Shown: positions 28,362-38,336, counted from the stretch's first letter. The stretch is DNA of 50,046 bases from a virus (IMGVR_UViG_3300030376_005812:1-50046); one strand, 5' to 3'. Notes: generated from the letters alone by a model not told the origin. Numbers and translations are program-made.

Positions 28362-30348
28362 TATTCATTCCTTGAAGCTGGGGCGGCCCTTGAGGCTGCT
28401 GTTGAGGAAGTCCCATCTCGGCCAGCTCGTCCGGGTTGGGAACCATGGAGGGAAGTGTCTGACCCATAAAGGAGATCAACGCTTCTCGGTATGACTTGAA
28501 TGAGTCCTGCACTTCAGGAGCTGCGACTCCCATGGCAGGACCACTCATGAATGCGGACAGTACCCTAAGTTGCACGTCGGGTCGAGACGTGTGGGGGGTA
28601 ATGATGATTTGCTGTGGTTGTTCACCTGACCCGTAAAGGGTGAGGATGTTACGGACTACAACTTCGTAGGCAGCCTTTTCCTCGTCCATCCACATGGCAA
28701 AGTCGAGGCCCTCCTTGAGAGCCAGCAACTTGACCCCCATGGGGTCGGTAAGCCTCTTGTCCAAAAGCTGGATAGCTTCCTGCTTTCGGGACACTTCGGA
28801 TCGAGGGTTTGTTTCCCTGACCGCAAAGGAGACCTGACTCATGTTGGGGATGGGGTTCTGCTTGAAGTTGACTGTGCTCGTGTCGGGGTCGATTACTGCA
28901 CCAGCCAGATCCAAAGTCAGCTTGTTAACTGGGATGGAGGGGTTGCTGACCACGATGTGGCGGGTGGCGTTTGAGACGGTGGCCTTGTACATCTGCCCGA
29001 ACGCACGCTGAAGACCCGAGCTTGGGTGAGTCATTGCCCGGTTGAGCTGCTCATCAAGGAACTGCAGACCCGCCGCGCTATCCACGCGACCCTTCTCCGC
29101 AATCAGATCCTGTAGGGGGGAGAGCTGCTTCATAATGTCGCGGGCAAACCCGGCTACCTTGCCCGGAGCATCACCCGAGTTGTGGGGGTTGACCACGATG
29201 GGCCTGAAGTCCTCGCCCATCAAAGCATCCTTCGAGTACGTCATGTACCGAAGGCCCTTGCCCACATCACGAAGAACGGCACGATCGTTGATGGTGCCGT
29301 GGGGTAGAAGGACAACTCCGTACTTGTCGATGTCTCTCACATTATTGAAGAGAGACTTCATCATTCTTTCGAGTTCTCTGACAAGAGAGAACATCAGATC
29401 AAACATGCCCATGCCGTGGAATGTGCCCGAGTCCATGAATCGGGCAAAGCCTACGGGGCAGTACACTTCGAGGTCGGAAAGGTCCTGATCCTCGATGATG
29501 TAATCACCGGAAGAAACGATGTATCTAGAGCAGGTACCTCGTGGCCCATCAAGCCACAGCTCCCTGATCTTGACCACATCCATATCTGTTTCATAGTTCC
29601 CAGAGGTGTAGTGCATGCTCTGGCCGGAGAAACTCCGGTCAGGGTAGTTATCGTTGAGTTCCCCTTCTTCGGGAACTTCCATGTTGTGACCCTGTTCCCA
29701 GACCCACACATCCATGTCCTGCTTGTTTCTTTCGATCTTCCCCCCATAGATGTTCTTGAGGAAGCTCAGGGGCACCATGCGCTGGCGAATCATGCCGCGC
29801 ACCTTGGTGTTATCGACGTTGAGGCTGGGGAACGGGAAGAGTTCCTTGGGATGGATCACTTCGAGGTCAGCAGACAACCCGATGGTGGGATGCTCGTTGA
29901 TGTGGCCTGTGATGCCGCAAGAACCAAGAGTGACAAAAAGGTTGGCAAACTGACTGGTTACTTCTTCAACCTGATGCTCGGAGAACACGGCATCAGCAAT
30001 CAGCTGAGCACTGGTTCTTTCTCTAAGTCCAGACAAGGAATTACCTTGTCGCATGGCCTTGGGCCTGAGGTCCATTGCGGAAAGTCGCCCACTTACCCGG
30101 TCGATCATTGAGATCAAGTCCTGAGACTGGAACTCAAGGTTTCCGTCCTTGTCGAGGTAGTGGGGGATGATGTGGTTCTTGACAGGATCAAAGGCATCGA
30201 ACCGGCGGTACCCATTCAGGTAGTACCAAGCAAGCTGCCACATGCTTCTTCGATAGGAAAGGCGAGACTGCTCCCGTTCCATGTGGAGGGAGATGATTCG
30301 AGCCAAGGACTTCTTGTCCTTGGGAAGCTGCACAGTGTCAATCGCCAT
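28351..30348 (-). CDS. Portal protein
   Basis: 665 aa downstream of TerL; W..AWYYLNG, KIRELW, SAAGLQFLDEQ and a Gln/Pro-rich tail, as in P22-type portals. Confidence 0.85.
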   Translation of the reverse strand: MAIDTVQLPKDKKSLARIISLHMEREQSRLSYRRSMWQLAWYYLNGYRRFDAFDPVKNHIIPHYLDKDGNLEFQSQDLISMIDRVSGRLSAMDLRPKAMRQGNSLSGLRERTSAQLIADAVFSEHQVEEVTSQFANLFVTLGSCGITGHINEHPTIGLSADLEVIHPKELFPFPSLNVDNTKVRGMIRQRMVPLSFLKNIYGGKIERNKQDMDVWVWEQGHNMEVPEEGELNDNYPDRSFSGQSMHYTSGNYETDMDVVKIRELWLDGPRGTCSRYIVSSGDYIIEDQDLSDLEVYCPVGFARFMDSGTFHGMGMFDLMFSLVRELERMMKSLFNNVRDIDKYGVVLLPHGTINDRAVLRDVGKGLRYMTYSKDALMGEDFRPIVVNPHNSGDAPGKVAGFARDIMKQLSPLQDLIAEKGRVDSAAGLQFLDEQLNRAMTHPSSGLQRAFGQMYKATVSNATRHIVVSNPSIPVNKLTLDLAGAVIDPDTSTVNFKQNPIPNMSQVSFAVRETNPRSEVSRKQEAIQLLDKRLTDPMGVKLLALKEGLDFAMWMDEEKAAYEVVVRNILTLYGSGEQPQQIIITPHTSRPDVQLRVLSAFMSGPAMGVAAPEVQDSFKSYREALISFMGQTLPSMVPNPDELAEMGLPQQQPQGPPQLQGMNNAQ

Positions 30349-30592
30349 TGGAATTCAGCTTCCTATATCCTTCGGGCATTTCCTCAAATAAGTCTATGCC
30401 TCGTAAGTTGATGGATTCACCCACCTCTACCGGGGTGGGGTCTATGTCTACTGCCTCATGACCTTCGTGTACTGTAGACGAAGGCACCACAGAATAAAAG
30501 TGTTGTACCAAAGTTCTGTAGTATTCAAAAGGGATCGTCACATAGCGGGGGTCAGACTTTTGATCCTGAATCGGTTCCTGATTGTCTTGCAT
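30338..30592 (-). CDS. Hypothetical protein between TerL and portal
   Basis: 84-aa ORF overlapping both neighbours. Confidence 0.65.
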   Translation of the reverse strand: MQDNQEPIQDQKSDPRYVTIPFEYYRTLVQHFYSVVPSSTVHEGHEAVDIDPTPVEVGESINLRGIDLFEEMPEGYRKLNSNGD

Positions 30593-32495
30593 TGAATAGC
30601 TCCGACACTTGTTCTGGGGTCAGTTTTGAAGGATCCAAGGACTCTACGTAGTTCAGTCCTGAATTGGGATCGACTGTGATTCCTTTGCGGATCTGCTCCC
30701 AAGGATCCACAGGGTCATCAAGTTTCTTGGTGGCGTACTGTCGGCCCTTGACGATGAACATCGACATGGAAACGGTGTCAAGGACATCGTCGTGCTGGAG
30801 CCCCCCACTGGGTGCGTCTGGGTTGAACTCGTCGATCTGGTTGAAAAGCATGGACCACGGGCTGTCGTACCGTCTTCGAAGGGGCATCTTGATCAAGCCA
30901 TGCTCAAACCTGAATCCGAGGGCGTTGATCTTGGAAGTCTTGTCCATCTGGCCCACCCTAAGGGGTACGATCCTCGGAAGCTCCTGAACACCGGCCATCT
31001 CCACAGCTCTCTGCTTCACGATTGACTGCATCGTGTTGTAAAGAGAGACAGACTGAGATACGACCTCGGGGTGGATGGACTTGCACCCCCACCGCTGTGC
31101 CATCTGGAATGCTTTGGTAATCAAGACCGACTCTCGGGTCTGCCCCGCCCAACAATCCAACACGAAAAGAGAAGCTTCAACAAGATCGTACCCCATCAGG
31201 GTTGCCACCTTGTAGTCGGAATCCTTGGTGCTGGTGTAGGAAGTGTCGCAGGTAATGAAGGTTCGGACTCGATTCCTCAGGAAGTTGGCAAGGCTTTCGG
31301 AGTTCTTGTTGCCGTCCTTGTCATGCCAACACATGAGGGTCTTGCTGTTGATGGGATCTTCACCGTCAGGCTCTTCAGTCCACCAACCATGCTTTGTTTC
31401 TTCGAGGGTTCCGAAGTGCTGGTCCTCTGCCTGACCCGGTTCGGCCATGTACTCGGCAGCGTAGTTTGCAGATCCGATGAGTCGCTTGATCTGCTCAAGG
31501 GAAACAGCATCTTTCAGTCGATCGTCTTTTGCCTTGTCGGAGTCAGTAAGAGGCCACATAACAGGCCAACAAGAATGACGATCTCCGTCTTCGTCTCGAT
31601 ACTCCGCTTTGAGTACAAGACGGCTCCACTCGTCAAAACGAGGGTCCCTAGAACGATGCCCAGAGGCAGTTTCTTCAGTATCCATCGCGTGCCACGCATA
31701 GTGCCTCCTTGACACAAAAGTAGCCAGCCACCTAACGCTGGTGTCTCTTCGGGTCACCATGGGCATGACCACCTTGAAGAGAAGCTGTTCCATGTAAGAA
31801 CGAAGCAACGAGAGAGATGTTCCGGCCCTACCGTCGTATTCAGGGTCATCAAGAAGATAACACTGAGGACGACCACCACGCTGTCTCGACTCTGCAGAAA
31901 GACTTCTGAACCAAGATCCATTATCAAGGTACATCAGCTCGATACCGAATGACTTTTCACCACGTTTGGGCGTAATGCGGCCACCCGGAGATTCGGGAGC
32001 AAAGTCGTCATAGATCCTGCTGTTGTCCGTGAACTGCGTCTTCAGTATCTGTGCAGTCTGGGCTGCATTGTCATGAGACGATGTTGCGTAAATGAAAGAG
32101 TACCCCGGCCTCGAAAGCATTTGCAGCAGTGCAGACTTGCGAATGCAGTTGCTCTTTGCGAAACCACGGGGAGCAACCACGATCGCTCGACGCGACAGAG
32201 CCCACAACCTGTAGATGGCAAAGTGTCCTAGCGGCGGCTCCAGTGGAGTATCGTCGTAGAACATGGGATAGAACTCTGCTTCATCGTCAGGGTACAGATA
32301 GTACGTATCGAAGAACTGCACAGCTGACGCAAAGGCCGTTGCTTTCCTTTGCGGGTCGTTGTGCTGCACCATCCACTGACGACATGCGTTCACCCGAGAC
32401 AGTCGTTGCCCTTCGGGTGTCAGCTCAAGATAGTCGGGGGGAAGAGGGTAAAGAGGATTACCCTGATCCTTCATCGGAACTGGTGCAACCTTCAC
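30552..32495 (-). CDS. terL: Terminase large subunit
   Basis: Walker A APRGFAKS, Walker B YLLDDPE, RNase H-like nuclease FITCDTS..DSDY and HDDVLD. Confidence 0.92.
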   Translation of the reverse strand: MKVAPVPMKDQGNPLYPLPPDYLELTPEGQRLSRVNACRQWMVQHNDPQRKATAFASAVQFFDTYYLYPDDEAEFYPMFYDDTPLEPPLGHFAIYRLWALSRRAIVVAPRGFAKSNCIRKSALLQMLSRPGYSFIYATSSHDNAAQTAQILKTQFTDNSRIYDDFAPESPGGRITPKRGEKSFGIELMYLDNGSWFRSLSAESRQRGGRPQCYLLDDPEYDGRAGTSLSLLRSYMEQLLFKVVMPMVTRRDTSVRWLATFVSRRHYAWHAMDTEETASGHRSRDPRFDEWSRLVLKAEYRDEDGDRHSCWPVMWPLTDSDKAKDDRLKDAVSLEQIKRLIGSANYAAEYMAEPGQAEDQHFGTLEETKHGWWTEEPDGEDPINSKTLMCWHDKDGNKNSESLANFLRNRVRTFITCDTSYTSTKDSDYKVATLMGYDLVEASLFVLDCWAGQTRESVLITKAFQMAQRWGCKSIHPEVVSQSVSLYNTMQSIVKQRAVEMAGVQELPRIVPLRVGQMDKTSKINALGFRFEHGLIKMPLRRRYDSPWSMLFNQIDEFNPDAPSGGLQHDDVLDTVSMSMFIVKGRQYATKKLDDPVDPWEQIRKGITVDPNSGLNYVESLDPSKLTPEQVSELFNARQSGTDSGSKV

Positions 32496-32875
32496 GAAGG
32501 ATGCTTTCCAAGCAGATTCACTGCAGCTGCACGAAGGATCAATGCAGACAGATATTCGATGTTGTCACTCATGTAGCTGTTTTCAGCAAGGAAGTTGGCT
32601 ACGTGGACATACCTGTCCTTGAAGTGGGTGTCGTCCAGAACCTCGGTGCGGATCCTTTCACCAAGGTTGCCCGCGCTACCGGCCCAGTGTGCTGGATCAC
32701 GAATGCCGAGCTCCTGCAGGATAGGCCCCCCACTACGGGCGATGGACTCACGATCCAGAGTCAGGATCCGGTTGAGTGCTTGTGCTCCCCTCCGACCCAG
32801 CTTCGGCCTCTCGGGCTTCTTTGGCTGGGAGGTACTGGGCCGCGAAGTGTGGTTTTTCGTTGTCGGTGAGGACAT
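32492..32875 (-). CDS. Hypothetical protein upstream of TerL
   Basis: GTGA-coupled to terL; AGGAG upstream of ATG 32875. Confidence 0.6.
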   Translation of the reverse strand: MSSPTTKNHTSRPSTSQPKKPERPKLGRRGAQALNRILTLDRESIARSGGPILQELGIRDPAHWAGSAGNLGERIRTEVLDDTHFKDRYVHVANFLAENSYMSDNIEYLSALILRAAAVNLLGKHPS

Positions 32876-33236
32876 CTGGAATCTCCTTGAGGTTGTTTAC
32901 AAGTCTGTTGGTCACGCCAGTCATCACGACCTTGTGACCCTCTTCTTCTTTGGTCATCTCAACTCGTTGCTGACCAATCAATCCGTTTGCCAAAGCAACT
33001 TCTTTCAGGATACCACGAAGCTGCGCCATTGCACGAAGAGACACTTTAGGGTCTGCATCGCGTGAGTGGGTGATCAACTGCGTCATTTCTTCCTGAACAT
33101 CCCACTGATTTGCTTTGATCGCAAGAGCAGCACCTTCAAGAGAAAAGAATGACCTTACGGTTTCCTCTCCACTAGGCACCTTTTCGATGTTCGCGTTCTT
33201 CTTGGTCAGCTTTTTATGGGGTTCGGGGGGCACCAA
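32748..33236 (-). CDS. Hypothetical protein, candidate terminase small subunit
   Basis: Helical 162-aa protein with a C-terminal beta strand, near terL; AGGAGG upstream. The function is inferred from position only. Confidence 0.5.
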   Translation of the reverse strand: MVPPEPHKKLTKKNANIEKVPSGEETVRSFFSLEGAALAIKANQWDVQEEMTQLITHSRDADPKVSLRAMAQLRGILKEVALANGLIGQQRVEMTKEEEGHKVVMTGVTNRLVNNLKEIPDVLTDNEKPHFAAQYLPAKEAREAEAGSEGSTSTQPDPDSGS

Positions 33237-34584
33237 GAATCCTCCTAAGAGTGTCTATGTCAGCCAAGTCCTGAAGTGCAGGCAGTGAAGCAGTTCCCAG
33301 CTGATACTGATCATCAGACTTTACGTACCTAGTAACCGGAGTTTCAATTGGGTTATCCATTGCTTCTCTAAATCGACGTTCACGGAGCTTTTTGTTGTCA
33401 GGAAACTCCTGACTCATAACTGCTGCCTTTTTGAAGTCCGGGTTCTGTCTCATGGCCTTACCAAAACCAGCCACTGCAACCTTCGGCTTGGACGAGAAGT
33501 CAGCAATGCCGTAGTTTCTTGACCCTACTTGAACTCCCCCAACTTCTCTAAGCTGACCAAAAAGCCCAGTCGCTATTTCTGTCGGTCTCTTCTGGACAGG
33601 AGATGTCATCGAGGCGTAAACGATAGATTTCAAAGGGTTACTTACCTCAGAAGATATGCGACTTACTGCTTCCTGCCGAATCTGATCAACCCTATCGTCC
33701 TTAAGGTTTTTGATAACGTCATCTACATTGGGGTCTTTATACTGCCTAGCCATCTTTGCGACAAAGTCGCTTTGGGGCTTAAGCTTTGCCAGATTGGTTA
33801 GGGCTGTTGGGTTAAGGGTCATTGTGCCCATAGGCGCGTCTCCCCCCAACGCGAGGAGCCTTTCGACAAAGAACTTGTACTCCTTTTTAGGAAGCTGATC
33901 TCGCAACTCGGCAAGCAACTCCTTTCTTACCGTTTGGTCCCCCATTGCTGCAACCCGAGCGTAGTTATCAAGATCAACAGCAGTTACATCGTCAACAAAA
34001 CTGCTGGTCCCTTGTCGTCTAAGCGCAGCCTTCTTTATGTCCGCTGCCGTTGCAAGTCTCTTTGGTAGCTTTGTCTTTTCAAGATCAGCAGACGAAACAG
34101 TATATGCTGCTTTCTTGCTGCCTTCCGCAGACTGACGCATCAACCTCAGTGCATTGACTGCCTGTGCCGTAGGAGGTCCCATGGGTCTGGGAGGCGGAAC
34201 GTTTCTTCTTCCCCGCAGCTTGGTAATTGCGTCCATGATCCCAGTCTCTGACTTTACAACGTCAGGTCCCAGTGGGGGTCCTTGCGCTGTCAGCTTCCCA
34301 TGGGGTCTACCGAAGTTGATTGGGAACTTGTCCTCTATTAGCTCTGCGATTTCCTTCTTAGACATCTTGCTAATGTCGGCTGGGGTCTTGCGTGAGATGG
34401 CCGCAAGCAAGGCAACTACTTCAGGGTCGAGAAGAAGCTTAGTCTTAGGAGAAGAACCGGGCGTTGCCGCCTTTGACTTCCCAGTCTTTGACTTCAGAAT
34501 CTTGTCGGGAATCTTTCTACCGAACTCACGATTGATGCGTTGAAGTTGTGCTAGTTTTGCCAGTGCTCTAGCTGCTGCGCTCAT
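33214..34584 (-). CDS. Basic hypothetical protein (456 aa)
   Basis: Long Lys/Arg/Ala-rich ORF, ATGA-coupled to the upstream gene. Confidence 0.75.
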   Translation of the reverse strand: MSAAARALAKLAQLQRINREFGRKIPDKILKSKTGKSKAATPGSSPKTKLLLDPEVVALLAAISRKTPADISKMSKKEIAELIEDKFPINFGRPHGKLTAQGPPLGPDVVKSETGIMDAITKLRGRRNVPPPRPMGPPTAQAVNALRLMRQSAEGSKKAAYTVSSADLEKTKLPKRLATAADIKKAALRRQGTSSFVDDVTAVDLDNYARVAAMGDQTVRKELLAELRDQLPKKEYKFFVERLLALGGDAPMGTMTLNPTALTNLAKLKPQSDFVAKMARQYKDPNVDDVIKNLKDDRVDQIRQEAVSRISSEVSNPLKSIVYASMTSPVQKRPTEIATGLFGQLREVGGVQVGSRNYGIADFSSKPKVAVAGFGKAMRQNPDFKKAAVMSQEFPDNKKLRERRFREAMDNPIETPVTRYVKSDDQYQLGTASLPALQDLADIDTLRRILGAPRTP

Positions 34585-35096
34585 GAGTCGAGTCCCTTTT
34601 CAAGGATTTGCCGTGACTTCTTTTCGTGGTCTTCTTGAAGATCAGATGCGCTGACGTGCAGAGCCATCTCGGTCAGTCGTTTAGCAGCTTTCCTCGCAAG
34701 CGAGGAAACCTCTTGAGGCGTTGCAAGGCCGTGCATCCGTCGAGCCGCAAGCAGTTCGGCAAGCACGTTCTTCCATTCGCGGTTGAAGTAGGCAGTGTCC
34801 AGTTCCTTGTTGCCGCGCTTCAAGTTCTTTTTGAGCGGATCGCAACCCGGCACATAGAAGTCTTCCTGACCCACTCGACATACAGCCTTCATCGCAAGTT
34901 GGAATGAAGTGATGTCCACCATCGCGGTTGTTCCAATGTGAACGAGCGGAACCTTCAACGCTCTGCACAAAGAACGAAACCCGCGACGTGTCATTCCCAT
35001 GGGAAGAAGCTCTTTGATGAAGTAGTCTTCACTGAAAAGCTTCAGCCCCCCACCAAAGGAAAGATAAACCTGAGAGTTGTCGCTGGAGGTTGCCAT
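34581..35096 (-). CDS. Hypothetical protein, possible HTH DNA-binding protein
   Basis: ELLPMGMTRRGFRSLCRALKVPLVHIGTTAMVD resembles an excisionase/MerR-like winged HTH. Confidence 0.55.
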   Translation of the reverse strand: MATSSDNSQVYLSFGGGLKLFSEDYFIKELLPMGMTRRGFRSLCRALKVPLVHIGTTAMVDITSFQLAMKAVCRVGQEDFYVPGCDPLKKNLKRGNKELDTAYFNREWKNVLAELLAARRMHGLATPQEVSSLARKAAKRLTEMALHVSASDLQEDHEKKSRQILEKGLDS

Positions 35097-35131
35097 GCGT
35101 TGGAACTTCTGGTACGATCGTCGTCCCGACC

Positions 35132-35386
35132 TCAGCGGGCTCCTGCACCAAAGCTGTTAAGAAGGTTTTCAAGCCTCCTCTTACGGGCCTTTTCTTTTCT
35201 TTCGTTTGCAGTCAGAAACGCATCTCGATTAGCGGGAGTACGAAGATCGAGTTTCTTGGATGAGTTGAAGGTATTGCCTGCTCTGCGGCCACTCGTGGTA
35301 AACAGCCGATCCATCGGCCTCATGCCCCTTCGTGGTTTTCGATTAGCAGAAAGAGCAAGGAGCTGATCTAGGGGATTCGCAAACAT
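35132..35386 (-). CDS. Small basic hypothetical protein
   Basis: GAGG SD upstream; first gene of the minus-strand arm. Confidence 0.6.
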   Translation of the reverse strand: MFANPLDQLLALSANRKPRRGMRPMDRLFTTSGRRAGNTFNSSKKLDLRTPANRDAFLTANERKEKARKRRLENLLNSFGAGAR

Positions 35387-35409
35387 TTACTTAGCCTCAA
35401 GGGAAACAC

Positions 35410-36837
35410 ATGAACTGGAACAATAACCCGTTGGAATCACTAGAGCCTATCAAAGTTGGTAGGCGAGTACTTCGTGATTATTTCACAGGATCGTCAGGAC
35501 ATCAAGGTTTGTATCGGTGGAGGGGAGAGTTTTGGCACTGGGACGGTCAACAGTGGGAGATTCTTCGTGAAGACAAGATCCGTGAGCGGGTACTGCTCAT
35601 CTTGGAAGATGCGGTTTGGGAACAATTTACCGCAAACGGTCCTGTCATCAGACGCTATGCCCCCGACAAAAACAAGATCGAGGGTGTCGTCAATGCTTTG
35701 GAAGCTCTATGTCGGCTAGACAAGGAAGAGGTTCCTTGTTGGATCATACCACAGGAACAACATATTGATCCAGCACATTGTATTGCGTTCCAAGATCACA
35801 TCATCGACATCAAAAACAGCACTTCTGAGTCTTGGGTAATGAAAGACAGAGACCAGCGATGGTTTGATACGTCGGTTATTCCGTGTGGGATTGATCCTGA
35901 TGCTGAGTGTCCTCGTTGGGAAAAGGCATTGCACGAATGGGGCAACGGAGATCCTGAGTGGGGTCGTTTGCTGCAGCGTTGGTTTGGGTATTGTTTGATG
36001 GGCACGCGCAAGTATGCGAAGTGGCTGTTGATGTACGGCAAGATCCGTGGTGGCAAGGGCACAATCTGCAGTGTGTTGAAGCAGTTGACCGGCCCGACCA
36101 CTTATCTGAGTACGTCGCTGGAGGATCTGGCAAACGAGTTTGGGCTGGACGGTTTGGAACTGAGCAAGGTGCTGAGTATCAGCGAGGTTTCAGAGATTGA
36201 CAGCAAGTCAGGGGAAAGGGTTTGTCGGATACTCAAGAACATCGTGGGCCGTGACCCCATGACTGTGAATGTGAAGTACCGAAGGCAGCTCAGAAACGTG
36301 ACTGTTGGGGCTGCGCCGCTGATGCAGTCCAACGAGATCCCAGTTCTGCCCAACAAGGGCCGTGGATTGTCCGGCAAGATGTTGGTTCTGCCTTTTGATG
36401 TCAGCTTTGAAGGTCGTGAAGACTTTGAGCTGGATGCGGATTTGAAGAAGGAGATCCCCGGCATTGCAGCATGGGCTGTTCGTGGTGCGATTGAGCTTGA
36501 GGGGTCTGATCGGGACAACAAGTGGCCTGTTCCTGAGGCGGGCAAGAACGCGATCCGTCTATATCACCTGCAGAACAACCCCTTCGACAGCTTCTTGGAG
36601 GCTCGGTTCATCAGGAACGAGAGTGGGTTTACTGCCAATGAGATTGTCAGGAGTCAGTGGGAAAGTTGGCTGCGGGCAAACAAAGTCAAGATGCACGTCC
36701 CCCGCAACATGCTGATCCAGCGGATTGCTCAGGACTGTTCATGGGATCTGAGGCAGACAAGGCTGTCCCAAAATGAGGGACATCACCGTGGTGTTGCTGG
36801 CATGACCTTGAAGAGGGAGTATGATGACGAGCATTGA
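35410..36837 (+). CDS. D5/P4-type superfamily 3 helicase lacking a primase domain
   Basis: D5_N-like FWHWDGQQW, CPRWEKAL..LQRWFGYCL, Walker A GKIRGGKGT, Walker B ISEV, LKNIVGRD..VNVKY and motif C QSNEIP. Confidence 0.88.
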   Translation: MNWNNNPLESLEPIKVGRRVLRDYFTGSSGHQGLYRWRGEFWHWDGQQWEILREDKIRERVLLILEDAVWEQFTANGPVIRRYAPDKNKIEGVVNALEALCRLDKEEVPCWIIPQEQHIDPAHCIAFQDHIIDIKNSTSESWVMKDRDQRWFDTSVIPCGIDPDAECPRWEKALHEWGNGDPEWGRLLQRWFGYCLMGTRKYAKWLLMYGKIRGGKGTICSVLKQLTGPTTYLSTSLEDLANEFGLDGLELSKVLSISEVSEIDSKSGERVCRILKNIVGRDPMTVNVKYRRQLRNVTVGAAPLMQSNEIPVLPNKGRGLSGKMLVLPFDVSFEGREDFELDADLKKEIPGIAAWAVRGAIELEGSDRDNKWPVPEAGKNAIRLYHLQNNPFDSFLEARFIRNESGFTANEIVRSQWESWLRANKVKMHVPRNMLIQRIAQDCSWDLRQTRLSQNEGHHRGVAGMTLKREYDDEH

Positions 36838-37073
36838 TGGACAAGCCTGAAATTAACATGAAGGTGTCTCCCCCCATTACCCAGAAGGTGTCGGCTGCCC
36901 TGCAGGTGCTAGAGTATCTGCGCGATCAGGAGCAGCCCACCTTCATCATTTCGGGGCCGGATGACCCACAGGTGTTGCCTCAAACACCCAAGGCTTTGGA
37001 TCCGCAGGAAGTGGCTTTGAAGAAAGCGACTCTGCAGTATCTGGTCCACTATTTCCATGGCGAGATGGACTGA
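36834..37073 (+). CDS. Hypothetical protein
   Basis: Coupled to the helicase stop; 79 aa. Confidence 0.65.
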   Translation: MMDKPEINMKVSPPITQKVSAALQVLEYLRDQEQPTFIISGPDDPQVLPQTPKALDPQEVALKKATLQYLVHYFHGEMD

Positions 37074-37510
37074 CCCAACAATCTGACCAGTGGGGGGTAC
37101 CAGACGCTCCATGGCGGCCCTATCCCTTTTATATCTTTTCTCTCTATAAAGGGAAGGACCCCTTGGTATTGCCGGTATAGAAAATTTCTAGAAAGATGGG
37201 GTGTTACGTCAACAAAGACAACGCACACGCAGGGGGCCGACGGGGTTGACACATAACTCAAACAATCTTCGGCACAACTACACACCAGAAGCCAGTGGTA
37301 CCCAGTCTTCACAACTGAAGACCCCGTAACGCACACCTACACACGCACGTACCCCCACCCCCTACCTTCACATCGTCCTAGTTCGTACCCCGGAACCACA
37401 CACCTGCACACCCCGTGTCCACCACCACTACCCGGTCGTACCCCGTGCGGGTCACCCCTCTGCCTCTTGGTCAGAGGGGAGCCCCTCTACTTCTATCTCA
37501 CATTCACTGG
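37074..37510. other. Major non-coding region: candidate replication origin or physical genome end
   Basis: Largest intergenic gap; AT-rich tract at about 37121-37195; C/A-skewed tract with CGTACCCC three times. Confidence 0.5.
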
Positions 37511-37518
37511 AGTACACC

Positions 37519-37734
37519 ATGACTAACCCGAACGACGACTTCCGCACCTACTTTCGGAACCTAATCGCCAAGGCCAAAACCAAGGGGACTCCGCTCGGCA
37601 AGCTGGAGGTGAAGGTCCACGAGGCCGCCCTCATCGGCAAGACCACTGGCAACTGGGAGCCACTCGCCTCAGCTTTCACTGAGTTCCTTCTGTTCGAGGC
37701 AAGAAGCACAAACAACCGGCCCTCCGCGTCCTGA
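37519..37734 (+). CDS. Early hypothetical protein
   Basis: GGAG SD; C-ending codon bias. Confidence 0.75.
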   Translation: MTNPNDDFRTYFRNLIAKAKTKGTPLGKLEVKVHEAALIGKTTGNWEPLASAFTEFLLFEARSTNNRPSAS

Positions 37735-37819
37735 CCTCCGGGCGACGACCCCCGCTTGCACGGGGGAGTCGTCTCCCTCTCTTGTTTTCTTTCACATTTC
37801 CCCTTTCTAGGAGCTTTCA

Positions 37820-38257
37820 ATGACTTTCGACATCACTTCACTTCGCGACACCACCACCGACCACGCCACCACCTGCATCGTCCAGTCCGTGGCTGTGGCG
37901 CAGCACGACGGCACCACCGTGGTCGAACTCCGTACCGATCGCGGTGCCCTGCTCAGCTGGGTCACCCCCGAATCACACGCGGGCGCACGTCGCGCATTCA
38001 ACACGCGCCTCGAACAGGTCGCATCCATCTTGGATCGAGCCAACAGCCTCGCAGCTGACGAGAACGCAGTCACCCAGCAGCCGGACGGCAGCAGCCGATT
38101 CGAGATCCAGTTCGAGGACCAGCCGGAGATCACAGTCGTCATCGACCGAGTGAACCGCAACGCACGCAACACGCAGATCGGCGACCTGATGCCGACGAGC
38201 GACACGCAACTCGTCCCGAAGTACGGCACCTCCGTCGAGGTCGCTAACTGTCCTTGA
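37820..38257 (+). CDS. Early hypothetical protein
   Basis: AGGAG SD; strong C/G-ending codon bias. Confidence 0.8.
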   Translation: MTFDITSLRDTTTDHATTCIVQSVAVAQHDGTTVVELRTDRGALLSWVTPESHAGARRAFNTRLEQVASILDRANSLAADENAVTQQPDGSSRFEIQFEDQPEITVVIDRVNRNARNTQIGDLMPTSDTQLVPKYGTSVEVANCP

Positions 38258-38336
38258 GTCTACGGGGAGTCCAGGCTGACGCTTGGACTCCCCTCCCCCA
38301 AAGGCGGCGAATCAAATTGTCCAATGGAGAATCAAC

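Noticed and set aside
37246-37275. TTGACA as an early promoter -35 box
   Set aside because: No acceptable -10 hexamer lies 16-18 bp downstream.
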